Shown here: piece after piece, positions 1 through 13,661 of the stretch
How positions within the stretch are numbered: the stretch's first letter is position 1
Layout: each line of letters opens with the position of its first letter
Assembly: GCF_002113885.1 (NCBI RefSeq)
Contig: NW_018407282.1
Location: 1 to 64,000 of the forward strand
Source: Mizuhopecten yessoensis
Taxonomy: Eukaryota
Reading direction: 5' to 3'
DNA length: 64,000 nt
Notes under the pieces: generated by a model
Databases searched by the model: none
What the model saw: the letters and a program-made list of their open reading frames with translations, nothing else
What the model was told of the DNA's origin: nothing
Translations under genes and position numbers: made by a program

Positions 1-220
1 AAGAGGGGGGAGGGGGGGAGGATGGTTTATGTTATATATATATATATATGTGTTTATTTATATTTCATCGATCATATTCTACTTCAGCTAATTAGCATAT
101 TTAACAATAAGGATGGTAGACAATACACTCTCAAAAACTAAGAAGGAATAAATCATATTATACGTATATGCATATAAAGGAATACAATGTCACAATCACT
201 CTCGTTGTTGTGGGAACTAT

Positions 221-445
221 CTATTTTGATTTTGGTTTTACCTTGCTCAGCTTGTCATCCAAGTTGTCATAAGTGTCAAACATCTTTCTGTCACCATTTA
301 CTGTTTTGCCGTACACTCGCGAGTTAAAGTACCAGGCCGAATGAAAAATGAAGAATTTTTAGTAAATCCCTTCACCTGTCGAAATCACTGCCTGTAGTCC
401 ATGACCGGAAGTTGTTAATTAGTTGTTGATGCAGCTTTGGCTGTT
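221..445 (-). pseudogene. Decayed coding fragment resembling a LINE ORF1 C-terminus
   Basis: HSAWYFNSRVYGKTVNGDRKMFDTYDNLDDKL, with stops upstream, next to the N-gap. The family assignment is from recollection only. Confidence 0.35.
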
Positions 446-469
446 GTTCCTAACTAGTGTTTTGGTATC

Positions 470-760
470 NNNNNNNNNNNNNNNNNNNNNNNNNNNNNNN
501 NNNNNNNNNNNNNNNNNNNNNNNNNNNNNNNNNNNNNNNNNNNNNNNNNNNNNNNNNNNNNNNNNNNNNNNNNNNNNNNNNNNNNNNNNNNNNNNNNNNN
601 NNNNNNNNNNNNNNNNNNNNNNNNNNNNNNNNNNNNNNNNNNNNNNNNNNNNNNNNNNNNNNNNNNNNNNNNNNNNNNNNNNNNNNNNNNNNNNNNNNNN
701 NNNNNNNNNNNNNNNNNNNNNNNNNNNNNNNNNNNNNNNNNNNNNNNNNNNNNNNNNNNN
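470..760. other. Assembly gap (N run); a second gap is at 30912-31244 and single Ns are at 18093 and 53384
   Basis: Runs of n in the sequence. Confidence 1.
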
Positions 761-3700
761 TGTTGGGTTTTAATTCTATGGTGTATGTTTATAATTTAGG
801 AACAAAAATAAGAAATAAAAATTTATATAAATATTTGAGAATAAAAAAAAAAGAGTAAAAATTGTTTTTTAGGAAGAGGGTCTTATGGGGGATCTATAAG
901 TTGCTGGGCTTATAATATATGTATCTTACTTGAACTATTATTATATAAAAAGATGAGGAGATCACCGATCGTATCATATCATGATGTCTTATATGGCGTG
1001 AGTCTAGGAGGAGGGCGTACCATATCCAAGCTGTCCTTTACTTGTATCCTACTCTATTTTGTTTTTTTGTTTTGTTCCTATATTTTGGAAGTCCGTCGAA
1101 TCGTTTAAAATATGTAATCTAATCTAAAACCCTATCCTCTGTGCCGGCGTTAACGCGCCTACTCTTTAGATAAACCGTTTGAACTCTATAAGGTTTTATA
1201 GTGGTAATTCGGTTTAGTGGTAGACATTTATACATAACAAAAACATTACAATCAAATATCATTTGTATTGTAGACCGCGTTTGGTAGGTATATCAAGTGA
1301 CAGGAAAATGTATGTAGTTTACGTAAAAGGAAAGGAAATATATTCAATTTGAATGCAAGGTTTTGAAAAGATGAATTTCAGTGTAAAGCTTATCTGTTTT
1401 GTTAGTGAAACGTCTTCGCTACTGCATAAGACATGTTTTTTTCGTCACACGAGAATAAGCTTTGCGAAATTTTATGAACGTATAATTTTGCTTAGTGGAT
1501 TTCATATATCCTTAAATCCGTGGCTGATTCCAAGGAATGGCATATACCATGACACTTAACAATGGTTTGGCCTGTTATTGTCAACTTTGACTAATACATG
1601 TATATGTAATCATCCCAAACTATTAATAAGGCGAACATTCGTATAGAAAGTTATAGAATACTGTCCGAAAAATGAGTAATAATTAGCCATAATTTGCCTG
1701 TTAAATTTGTAAATACAACCTTAGATAAATAATTTCAATGTATTTGTATGTTTGTTGATGAATATCAAAATAATCTTTTTTGACCATGAGACCTTTCTCA
1801 ACACAATATATCTTCATATATTGATAGGTGATGTTCTGAAACATCTCAGTATGAGTAACTCATATTGGTGACAGGCAATATTCCTCAGCAGCTAGACGCT
1901 GTTGATTTGCTATCTCCTACATCAATACGATCAATTTCCTCTTTAAACTGATATTCTTGAGACAATCGTTTTTGTATTGACCGCCATTGTATAAACGATA
2001 CAAAGGGAGGTAATTATAAATACGCGGTATCGAACAATTACAAGTATTGATTAAACGTTAAATAGACAGCTTTAACGATGTAATCAATATCAAATTATCT
2101 TGAAAAAATAGGGTTCATGTACTTAAAGTATTCAGCGATTGATATATGAAACGGATATATATGAATGATGTCTTCGGTTACTAACATTCAAGTAAGTGTG
2201 ATTCTATAGAAGTGTGTGAACGCGCAGTATGTTTCAAAAACACTTCACTCAATAAATCTGTTTGATGTTTTCCATTTAATAATATCATTATCTGATATTG
2301 TTAAGCTCTTTTTAAGATATAAAATACTTACGAAAATTGATGGAGATGAAAATGTTGATACTGGAAAACTTCAGATAAAGTATCTAAACTTGACATCCTT
2401 CTCTCTGACAAACTTTAAACGACGACACGTGCAAACATTTCCTTACTCAGATTCTGTTTTTAATGAGTTTTCGCAATAAAAAGTGGAAATCAATCTTGTA
2501 AGACCTTATTATTCTACAATAGGATAAGTTTCGTCATCACTTAAATTTTCCTATAAATACTCTGTAAATATTATAATAAATTTACCCCGGGGATGTACTT
2601 GTTATTCTATATAAAATAAATGGCTCTTTAAATTCATTCAAAGTGTTTTTTTCTTGTTTTATATTCTTATTTCACAAATTTCTTGTTGAAGCAGTAGGAG
2701 TGTCCACATCATCAAAGAACCGTATCCTCACATTATTATAAAACATTAAAAGCTACTATAAAGCATCACCCATTTATGTTCGATTATTATCCAAAGCCCG
2801 TGGTACGACAAAGATAAAGAGTAATGCAAACCACAATGAGACGACTTGCCGATACATGTATTTCAAAATCCCCTAACAGTTAATATGGCTAAAAATAAAC
2901 TGACAGTCAAACATACAATATCTCATTATTTCAATAAAACGTTAGCCAAACATATGACATGCACAAACAGTAATACTACAAATTGTAAAGGTTTATCAAA
3001 ACGTAAAAAATGTATATATTTAGTAAAAAGAAAAGATCACTTTATACATGATAAAACAATGTAAGCAAACATTAAAATATATCAAATGAATGAGGTGTTA
3101 ACCTGAATATTAGGTTTGTCCTGAATGAATCACACACCCTTATCCCATCCCGTAAGTCTCTCCTATACACATAATAGAGGTAACGTGTAGGTACTATCAA
3201 AATTGATTTTTAATTAATTTAACAATAATTATGAAACACATTTTAATCACTCTTTGTTTCCCGAGATGTAATGCCTTAGGTGTCTTTAATGTGGGGCAAA
3301 CTTAACAAGACTTCCCGGGGAAAACCCACGCTCTCCTCCTGTCAAATGCCTTGCCACAGTCCTGGCATAAGACCACTGAGTTGGTCGATCTATGCACTGA
3401 GTTAAGTGATAAGGACATTCTGGACAGAGTCGGGTGCGCAAATGACCTACATCCAGCAGCTCGCACGGCATACTCTTGAGAGGAAGAATGGACGAAGAAA
3501 GGTCTTCCGAAATACGTATAGGTCTTGTTGGTCTTCACGTCCACCACTCTTAATGAGCTGCAAACAAAGCAGATTAAGAGTCATTATATAAATCTAACGT
3601 AAAATATCACTTTTTTATTCTGAAATTAGTGATAAAGCAATGTTTATCAACGTTTGCTTACAGCGATCTTTCACAAGTTGAATAAAACTGTTAAGGTTGA

Positions 3701-6538
3701 AATCATCTAATCGCATTAGGTAAATTATACCATCTTATTAATGGTTATTTGATAACCGGGTACTGGTACATATTGTCAGCTTCCATGGATTGGAAACTCA
3801 ACATATCCATTCGAATCAAATGAGGAATCAGATCTAGTAACCCTTAATGGATTCTCGTCGTCCTAAAATTTGAGGTGCACAAGATACTCCCCGTATAAGA
3901 TACTTACGAAAAAAACCTCTGTGATGAGATTTATGTCCATATCTACATGGACATTAATCTCTATCACAGAGATTTTTTTTCTTAAGTACTTTATACGGGG
4001 AGACAAGATTTTGGTTTACCATGTAGCAGTTGAAACCACCGCATTACACACCACCCTACGTCGTACACTCCTCTGTGATCTGTAACAGTATTTCCTAACT
4101 GTTCATTAGCAAACTCAAAGTTAGCCTCAATACTTTTGTTGAGGCTATAGCTATTTAGCATAGAATATTAGTACTTGAGATCAATTTGTGCCCTTGTGCT
4201 AATATGTTTGATTAGACATGAGCACGTAGTAGTAAATGACCCCTGGAGTTTAGCTTGTTATGATATACTTTGATTTGCAAAATTTGTTTGAGAGTTTATT
4301 CGTTCAGCCTTTACTGAGTGATAAGGCGTAGATCGAGATTTTTGCTCTGCCTAAAGACTTCAGATTGTTCTAAGAAATTCAGTTTCGAATTCCATATCTT
4401 GAACAGTATGAGGCGGGATAGGATATGTTTAAACAACCCCATCGTAACCATTAGTGTTTAAATGTTGTTGAGATTTAGTCTTACATCATTATTCTGTAAC
4501 CATTGGGGTCCATCTCTTGTAAAATCTGTTTAACCTTTTGATCTGGCTAAAGATAAAAAAAAAAAAGATAAAAAACAAACAAAAAACAACAGAAATCTCT
4601 ACACCATAGCACCTTGGGCAGGACGGGTTAAATTAGGACTACAAACAGATCACAACGTGTTTTGTAAGAAAATAAAACAACTTAAAAATGTACAGATTGG
4701 AAATCATCATGGCAACCCGACGACGATGCTTGAAGATATGTTTAACTCTAAAACATTAATAAGATAATTGTATGCATGTATTCAATTTAGACAATAAACA
4801 GTCGAGAATGAACCCAACATTATCTCAATATACAAAATTGAATCGCTTTGTAAAGAATAAATTCGAAAGTAAATTTATTTTTTGCTTAATCGTACAGGTT
4901 TTTTATAGTAATATAATATTAAAGGACAAAGAACAACAAACATATTGTCAACACATTGAAAAAACAAAATATTATATTTGTATCGCATCCACATTTTTAT
5001 ATAAACAATATAAGTTGTTTTTTTATCAATATATATGACATTATGCAATGTTTTAAATATTTCATGGTTCATAGTTATTAGCATTGAATTATGTCTTTCA
5101 TTAAACATCCTACGAATTCTGAACAATTTATACGTTGTTTTTGTTGTTGTTATTGTTTTTTCTTATTTTTTATTTTGAAATGTTGATTAATGATATAAAT
5201 GTTGCCTTTATGGTCCAGATACGTTAATGGTTGATCCTCGATTAATCACTTCCTTAAAAAAAACTTACCTCAACGGTAAAAGTAAATTGGTATCCCTTCT
5301 GTCTACTTCTAACAGTATAGGCGGTACAAGTTCAAGGACGAACTTTTATTCAAAACCATTTCATGTAGCCTCTTGATTGATTGATAGAAATGTATACACA
5401 GCTAATGCATGTACATATGCCTAATCAGTATCACCTTTTACAACCTGAAATGTCAATGGCTTTGTGTATGGAGTAAAAGAGTTAATTGTCGGATTAATGA
5501 GGGCAAGGCCATGTGTTATGTGAAATCATAGAATAAAGATGAAAAATTGGAAACTATAACATCTTATCAAAAAAGAAAAATACAAATGTTTGTACAAATT
5601 CGTAATTCAAACTCAAAATCATCAAGCAAAAGTGAGATATGACCTCATTAAATGTTTACATGGCAAACTTTAAAAATGTACGCAAATCCTTCTTCATTCA
5701 TGAATTGTAACAGGCTACACAAATTCGCGAGCCAAGTGTTCGCTTCGTATACACTCCACTTAGTCTTTGTAATTGATTAAACACTTGGCTAGCGAAGATG
5801 CAGGCGACATGGACTCATAAAACTCACAACTGATTCTAAAAAAAGTAGCAATGGCTGCTGGTATGCACAATGAAGAACGACATCTCTATTGGTTAAACGT
5901 ACCACGACATGTGAATGTGGTTTTTTTTCAAATAAGAATTCTATTCATAGATTAAACAATCGACAGACATCATAATTTTGTTTTGATACAAGCACAAAAC
6001 CATTTCATTGTAAATCTATTGTTAACGATCCCTGTACCAGTGCAAAACAAAACTGCAACTTCGCATTAGAAACATGACTTTTTTCAAGCTAGACGATAGC
6101 TTCTTTGATAAATCATTTCTGAAAAGAAACCCATACCCTGAGGGACTATTGATGTCGACTTGATAATAATGAAATTCACAAATTATAATCAACAGCAGTG
6201 TTCCAAGTGTAAAAATATCTAGAGCTGGATTCGAACTCTGGAATTCAGATCGTTTTACTACCGTTCTAACCGACTGAGCTACCTGGTCAACGGAAGCACC
6301 GAGGCTCATACAGCTATACTCAAAAACCAATTAAAGGGAGGTAACTGTATTTGCGAAAAATATGTGCTGCAGGATAAAAAATTTCACAAATCGCCATTTC
6401 AAGTAAATATAATTGGAATTGAAAGCTGCTGGCGCCATACACAGACCCAAATGGTTGCATCATGAGGATTTTAATTACTTCTTTTGAGATTAAATCACCA
6501 GGCATTAAAGTAGATTATTATTATAATGTATATATTAC

Positions 6539-9500
6539 TCTGGTCACATGATGGTCCTTCCCATTCTGCCTCACATCCTGGTAATGTACAGTTTCCGGTT
6601 ACTCTATCACATCCGGTTGTGGCACAGTGACACTCCTCTTTACAGTCAGCTCCAAATTTCCCAGCAGCGCACACTGTTCAATTTACGAAGTAACTACATG
6701 TACTTTGCTACCATTTCCTACATTTGATGGTTTCACATTCGAGTTTTGAAATGATATACTTGTATTGTCGAATGCATTTCAAAGATGACGTTAAACGTAA
6801 AAGATACACGTCCTTAATTAATTATAACCTTGAATTGTGTGTTACCACACCGATGATCAGAGTTATCCTATACAATGACTTAACACATGGAATGATCAAA
6901 GTATAACGACAAAGATTTACCAGTAGAGCAGCTGTCTCCCATCCATCCTGTCTGGCAGCCTGTGACGTCACACTTTCCAGTGTCTGAATTGCAATCTTCA
7001 CCCTCACAATGACATGAGAGTTTACAACTGTCTCCAAACTTTCCGACAGGGCACCCTTGGAAAAGAATCATTAGTTTTATTTTCAAGAAAAGTCACTATA
7101 AACTATCCGGACTGTACAGGAAATATTCTATTTATAAGATAGCGCATACATCTAGAAACCATTGATTTCCGGTGACTTCAATGAATAGCATTAAAGTTCG
7201 TGTAATACAACCACGTTTTCTGTAATTTACAACGTTTCTATGACTTTCTGTCAACTTCCTCGAACAAAAGATTTATCTTATTTGTCTTCGTAAAATAAGA
7301 ATACGATAATTTTTCACAAATTGACAAATATATTTATAAATAGGATTCTTAAAGGCGATAATGCGTATGTGCATAATCGATTTATATTGACCAATCAGAT
7401 TGGTATAACAGTATCTAATACCTACATTTTCTGTTCAGCTCCCGAGGGAAGTGAAAGCAGTGTAGTTAATTGTGTTTGCTCATCTTTGTTACATAAATCT
7501 TGTTATTATAAATGATATCTTCCTTGTAAGCAAACCGTACCAGATGATAACAGAAACATGTAAATTTGCGATGAGTAGCTCATTCAAAATGGCGCGTAGC
7601 CTCGTTGTTTAGTGTTACCTCTTTGGAATATGGTGCTAAATATAACACTACCAAAACAACGTCAGGTATTTATCTAAGAACATTAGAGCCATGTAGAAAA
7701 CTTCTTTTTTTTCGAGTTATTAACACGAAAAACGAAATATATTTGTTTTCTATTGGCCCTAATGCTCTTCCGTATGTGTCACATCATACACTAAATAAAT
7801 CTGTCTTGGTATATATTCAAACTCAAATTAAAGTATATAAGAGTTCAGTGTTATGTCGTAATAGAGTGCTAATAAAACTGGATTGATCTCATTATCAAGC
7901 AATATACAAGTATTTCATTATTTGTGAGACATATACGTAGGTATGAAAAGAAGAACAGAAATATTTGAAGAACAAAAAGTACCACAGTCTTCTTGTACAT
8001 CATTAAAGAAGTGGCAAAATCAACATGCTTAACGCTTCGATAGTCCTTAAAGCAATAGAAACATTTGAGTCTATACAAAATACATAATTCCATTTGTTCA
8101 GCGGAAAATTTAGATTTAGACTGACAAACATGTGATTATAATTACCGAAAACCTGCACCTCACAGAGTTCTATTATGGCTTCTGTAGTAGAATATCTTTC
8201 ATGATTCTTTGGTCCGTTATCAGCGGGACGTTTGTTGTAGACTATGACGTATCGCCCAATAACGGTACAAGGGCGAGATTGGTTGGTCGACGGAAGCAGG
8301 TCCGGATCATGTATGTCGTCATGGTAGCAAAGATGCCCGTTGGCTGCGTAGATCCGTTGAAATATCATGGAACGATGTGTTGGAAACGTAAAGGTAATAT
8401 CCAGACAGTCTTAAGGCATCTAAATAAAAATATAACTAGAAATGATTTGTTTTCAAACAACACGTGATTGAAAATCGATGAAGGTTTACTGTTATAAATA
8501 GTGGTATAGTTCAAAAGAACGATCTAAAGTAAGTCATCACTGTAATGACTGCTTAGTACATTGTATATGAATCGATAGTAATGATATTACTTATTGAAGT
8601 TTAGTTAGATAATCCTTTGACGTGTTCATATTCAAAATTAGATCTTCAATCTTTTTTTAGGTTGGTCGTTAGTCTGCTTTTTATTTCAAAAGTTGAACTT
8701 TATGTTTCTATATCTATGTTGACGGACAAATGTTGTGGACACCAATTAAAACTGCTTGATATTGTTATACTATTTTACCAGTGATTTAGAAGTTTTTCAA
8801 GTTTGATAACGCGATGCTTAGTGTAGGAAATAAGCTATTTATTTCAAATGTTAAAGTCCAATACTGAAGCGTAGGTTTAACATTCTCCCTACAGGAAGTA
8901 TTTTTCTTCGGTCAAGTTGTTTCATGTTTTCGTCGAGGTTCTGGTACCCGTGGATCTTTCATATGCAAAGGATGTTACTCCTTCCGCATACGTCTTTGGT
9001 GTTGCATAAATCATATCAGGTGTTAATGTTATCAGTTTCTTGGCGTTTTCGGGGCTAACTGTATGTCATCTTTGATAAGCATACTATCCCTATGTGTATC
9101 AGAGTGATCTCGCAGTTTTTCTTGTCCTCCTCATTTTTCCAAGGGATTACCTTTGGCGGGAATTCCTAAGGAAAGATGGGTGTGTTTCCCCAAACAATGC
9201 TTGGTAGACATTAACCGTTTCAAAAAGTTCCCGAAAATTCCAATGGAATTGATTTCTTTCGTTATAAAAGATCTGATATATCATTTCAGATACCTAATAT
9301 ATCATATAATATTGTATATTACTCACATGTACAATATCGAAAAGTCGAATGGACTCTCCTGTTGATTTCGTCCAACTTACTTGTAATCTCTTTTATGTAG
9401 TTCCTATACTCGTTTTGTTTTGTCATGATACTTCCTAAAAATGAAGTTGTTATATTTACAATATATTTACAATAAGTATTTTTGGTGTTGTGATATCGCT

Positions 9501-11712
9501 ATGACGGGTACATATTGCGAACATTGGGATAGCAACTCATTTTGATGTCATAGTTTATGACGCCCAATCTTTCCTAAATTTGTATTAAATATGATATAAA
9601 GTTTCCAAAAATTGAACTGCAAGAATCGCTTTAGAGTCTGGAAAGCGGTGATTTAAAACAATTGATAAATATATCTCAAACGTTTGAGACACTTTTAATG
9701 ACAGGTTTGACTTACATCCATATCTGTAGGTGATATTGATTGTCTGTATCCTGTACGTCCGTCCAAGGTCAACCATCCACCAGGCCTCACTGTGTCCTAG
9801 ATCTGTATGTGAACAATGTCCAGCTACTTCGTCGTGGCCAGGAATACCGTCCACCGCCCTACCAGCATCATATCTCACATGCGTTGAACTTTGGGTAGCC
9901 TTTTTATGAAGGGCCAAATCCTCTATACGTAAAATTAAAATATCATACTGATCGTGTTTACCTTAGAATTAGTTTTCGTACATAAACATAGCTTATTTCT
10001 GAGTTGATTACCAAGTATCTGTACCAGAATGACTGTTCGTGATTGTGCTCATTTGATAAATTTGTGCGGGGCTAGTTATCATACATGTATATGTATTTAG
10101 TTGCCAACTATATTTGTACTGGTATGACTGTTGTTTCCAAACATCACCGATATAACTCATAAAAGACGAAACAACTGTGTGATATAATTATTTTTTTGCA
10201 ATACTATACATATTACCAAAGGTTGATCGTAACATTAAATTTTCCTTTCAAGCATCATACAAATCAATTCATAAAGAGATGTGTAATATGAAATCTGTTA
10301 TCATATTTAGTACATTTTGGTTATATATAATAAAACAAATATTCGATAGCACCATGGAATAAGTAACACTAACCGAGAGACGGGAAAACAAACAGAATAT
10401 CATCGTGAACTGATACCATTGCCAGGCACTATCATCGAGTCAACTTGGATCCTATAGCCTGAGCCATCTTAATACAGTGTGACACAGTGTGATACAGTGT
10501 GACGTAGTGTGATACCGTGTGACACAGTGTGATATAGTGTGATACAGTGTGATACAGTGTAACATAGTGTAATACCGTGTGACACAGTGTGATACAGTGG
10601 GACAAAGTGTGATACAGTGTGACAAAAAAAGAAACATTTGTTCTTGTCTTTCTAATATGGTGAACTACATAAATTCTGGGAACTCGCTGGTCCCACTATA
10701 AAGGGGCTTTAAGGAAGAAAGAAAAAAAAATCAATGGATGTAAATATCTCGGTTTTTCTAATTGATATCTTATTTGGGTTTACAATGAAATGCTTATGTA
10801 ATTATACATGTGAAAATATTAAAAATTGCGGCCAAATATCCGATAATTCCTATGAATGTATGATGTCACATTTATGATAACATTCCAATTGGCATACTAT
10901 ACAGCATTAAAAAATCCTGCACAATCTAGAAATGTTAGTAAGGTTCTATCGCATATCTTGCAATGTACAAAACCTGTTTCTCCCACAACCACTATAGATT
11001 TTCTCACCCCCGGCTCATTAGATAACCCTGATAGGAATTGGTAAACACGTTTGGTTACCCACTACCGGGGTACACCCCTGACATATTATTGGTCAATCTT
11101 TTAACTATTTAATCAAGTAACATTACTTTGAGACGTCACCTGCAATTGTGACATAATAGATTAAGGCAATCGTTTCACCGATCAGAAACAGGAAACATGT
11201 ATTCACAGGAAAAACACGTCGTTTTCTCAACGTTGTGATTAACCCCGTGTCTTAATACAAATTTGGATCGTTATAGCTTTAATCATTTGAAAATTAAATA
11301 TCTCGATAAACATGATAACCAACTATCTCTCGTTGGTGAACCTCTATGTATTCCGTAAGTAAGTGTTTTGTAAGCAACAAGTAAATTGTATGCCTGACAG
11401 AAAAGTTCGTTGAATCAATCTAGCGCAGTTCCACTGAATGACAATGTTAACTAACATCAGTGCGGTATGCCTTAGAGTTGTATTTATTTTTGAACAGTCA
11501 AATTCCGGAACATGCATATCATCCTTCCGACTGTAAATAAATTGCTGGCAATGTGAAGGCAAAGTCGTTATAACCATTATGGTATGCTATGATTTAAAAT
11601 ACACATATAAGGCAAATTACAAATGTCAATGATACTTACTGGATGCATTAATGACTCCGGCAAGAAACGCCAACAACACAACACAAGCAGAAGTTGTGGA
11701 TAAATCCGACAT
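6539..11712 (-). CDS. Secreted F-type lectin (fucolectin/FTP) domain + EGF-like (MEGF10/SCARF-type) repeat protein; frameshifted in exon 3 (possible pseudogene or assembly error); 3' end uncertain
   Basis: Exons 11640-11712 (MSDLSTTSACVVLLAFLAGVINAS, signal peptide), 9716-9922 (DLALHKKATQSS..AGRAVDG..CSHT..AWWMVDLG), 8146-8419 (RLSGYYLYVSNT / GHLCYHD..GRYVIVYN..ELCEVQVFG), 6921-7055 (CPVGKFGDSCKLSCHC) and 6539-6673 (CAAGKFGADCKEECHC). All introns are GT-AG and phase 1, but exon 3 is 274 nt (3n+1). Confidence 0.85.
10473..10624. repeat. 10-bp tandem repeat (ACAGTGTGAT), ~15 copies, lectin gene intron 1
   Basis: Directly visible. Confidence 0.95.
11018..11235 (+). repeat. Dispersed repeat family member (other copies ~15105-15280, 25305-25460, 26566-26762)
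   Basis: Shared blocks CTAGGAGTTGGTAAACA.GTTTGGTTA.CCA, ATTGGTCAA, TTGTGAC.TCAT and TTTCC.CGATC.GAAACA. Confidence 0.6.
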
Positions 11713-13329
11713 ATTTAAGGTAATGTGTTCGTGTTACCGTCTGAGGGTATATCGTATACTTGTAGTGCTCTTAGGCAAACACAGATAACATAGTTAAACA
11801 ACATTTTTGTAGTACCAGGAAGTACAAGGCTTATCGTTTGTTATTTCTAATCAATGTCACAGGTAAACTTGTCCCAATTTGTTTCTGATTTTGTTTTATA
11901 CATCACTGCAGTTCTATGCACATTCGTTACAGTTTCTGCCTTACATTATATAAGCGACATAATCGTGCTTAAACTGACTTCTCGTACGATTGTAGCATTC
12001 AAAAGACGAACATGCTATTGCAACTATCTTCTGTCTCTTTCTATACATTTTGGTCATAATGAAACCTCATTTCTGCTGTGTAATATCAATGTTATAATCA
12101 TTATCAACGTCTCAAACTGACACTTTCACTTGCATCAAAGAATAACTTCAAAGTTGTATTTTATTAGTAACCAGATTTATTGGTAAGTAGCATCCATATT
12201 TATATCAGCATAATATCATTCATAATAATGTGACTAGTGTCTTTATGTTCACATAACCAAAGTTCACTTTGGCAAGCAGATGTTCTACCGAAACTTTTGA
12301 ACGTTAACTACATTAGCATCGAATTTTGCCTTCCGGTTTTATGACTCTCTTGTCTTCCTTTTGTATAGATATAATCTTGATAGCCTATCGAACCTAGTTG
12401 AAATTCCAATTCTATGTGAATGAATCCTTCTTAAAGTTCATATCCCGCTTAGAATGGTCGTCTGCCCGAACCACGCCATTTTTTAAAATAATTGACCTGT
12501 ATCACATTCCACCTCATAATGCATATATGACTAAAATAACTTAAATTAATAAGTCACTGCGTGGGAGCTCTGGTCGATAACTTCTGCCCCCGATGTAGAA
12601 AGCTTTTAGATTATTTCACAATTAATATATTATAAAACATATTGTCCATACCAGGAGACGGTTTGTAAAATGCAATATTCAATAAAAAAAATCTTTGTGA
12701 AATGAAATAGCCTATCGACCATGATTTCCCATGTGTGTTGACAGTTTTATAAGTTTGATTGCTTTTCATTTTCATGGTATGTTTGTGAGATAATTCCAGC
12801 TACATTTACATTAATCCTGTTCCAGTGCCTCTCAACAGCCTGTGCAATAACTCGTCCACACATATATTTTGAAATCCGAAAAAGAAAAATCAATCTATTC
12901 TCAAACCAGATGTGATATTCCAAAATGAAAAGTATCAAAAGTTCCGGTCAAAAGATGGGCGGATTTTTATATTCTATCTTTTTATACTAAATTATTTCGT
13001 TCACTACATTTTCATTAAGAAAGAAGTTAATCAATTTGCTTTTGTATTCCAAAATAGATGCGATTTTTCATGCTTGTTATATGAATATAGTGAGAAATTG
13101 AAATTTATTTTAATCAACACAACCCTGTATAAATATATCTTATCTCTTACCTTTATGTATGTGGATATGAACATTCGACCTAGAACTGAGTATTGCCCGC
13201 ATTAAATGAACTTAAAAGACTATATGTTAGTCCATTATCTAAAGAGCAATAACGCTAGGTAAACGTTTGCGGATTATTAATTCAGATAAACAGAGCTTTA
13301 CAAATTGGGTCATATGGAAATAGCATTGA

Positions 13330-13661
13330 TATAATGATAAATACAAAGTCGAGGTTGTTATATACGGCTTTATCACAATCTAGCTTGTATGTTGTCTCAA
13401 AGTGGTTCGAAAATTATTATCCGCGGTTATAGGGCTTTTGCAACCAACCAATAATTTTCTTAAAACCCCGGGGAGCATACAGCCGGTGCTGCCATTTCGG
13501 CGCTCACAGCTATCATTCAACAATTCCAGTACTACCTAACTACGTACTCATTTACAGCTAAGTAGACTGAAGTAAGCGGAGTAAAGTTTCTTGCTCAAAG
13601 GTATAACACAATGCCATGACGTGACTCGAACCCGAGCGTCCTACCACTAGACTATCGTGCC
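13330..13661 (-). mobile_element. tRNA-derived CORE-type SINE
   Basis: tRNA head with A/B boxes (partly deleted), CORE-like TTGAGCAAGAAACTTTACTCCGCTTACTTCAGTCTACTTAGCTGTAAATGAGTAC and an (ATT)-rich tail. Clearly homologous to 16352-16703. Confidence 0.8.

Noticed and set aside
423-858. ORFs containing long X runs (also 30860-31286)
   Set aside because: They span assembly gaps.
1353-5126. Numerous 60-90 aa ORFs in AT-rich DNA (and similar ones across the window)
   Set aside because: No recognisable domains or splice-consistent structure; expected by chance.
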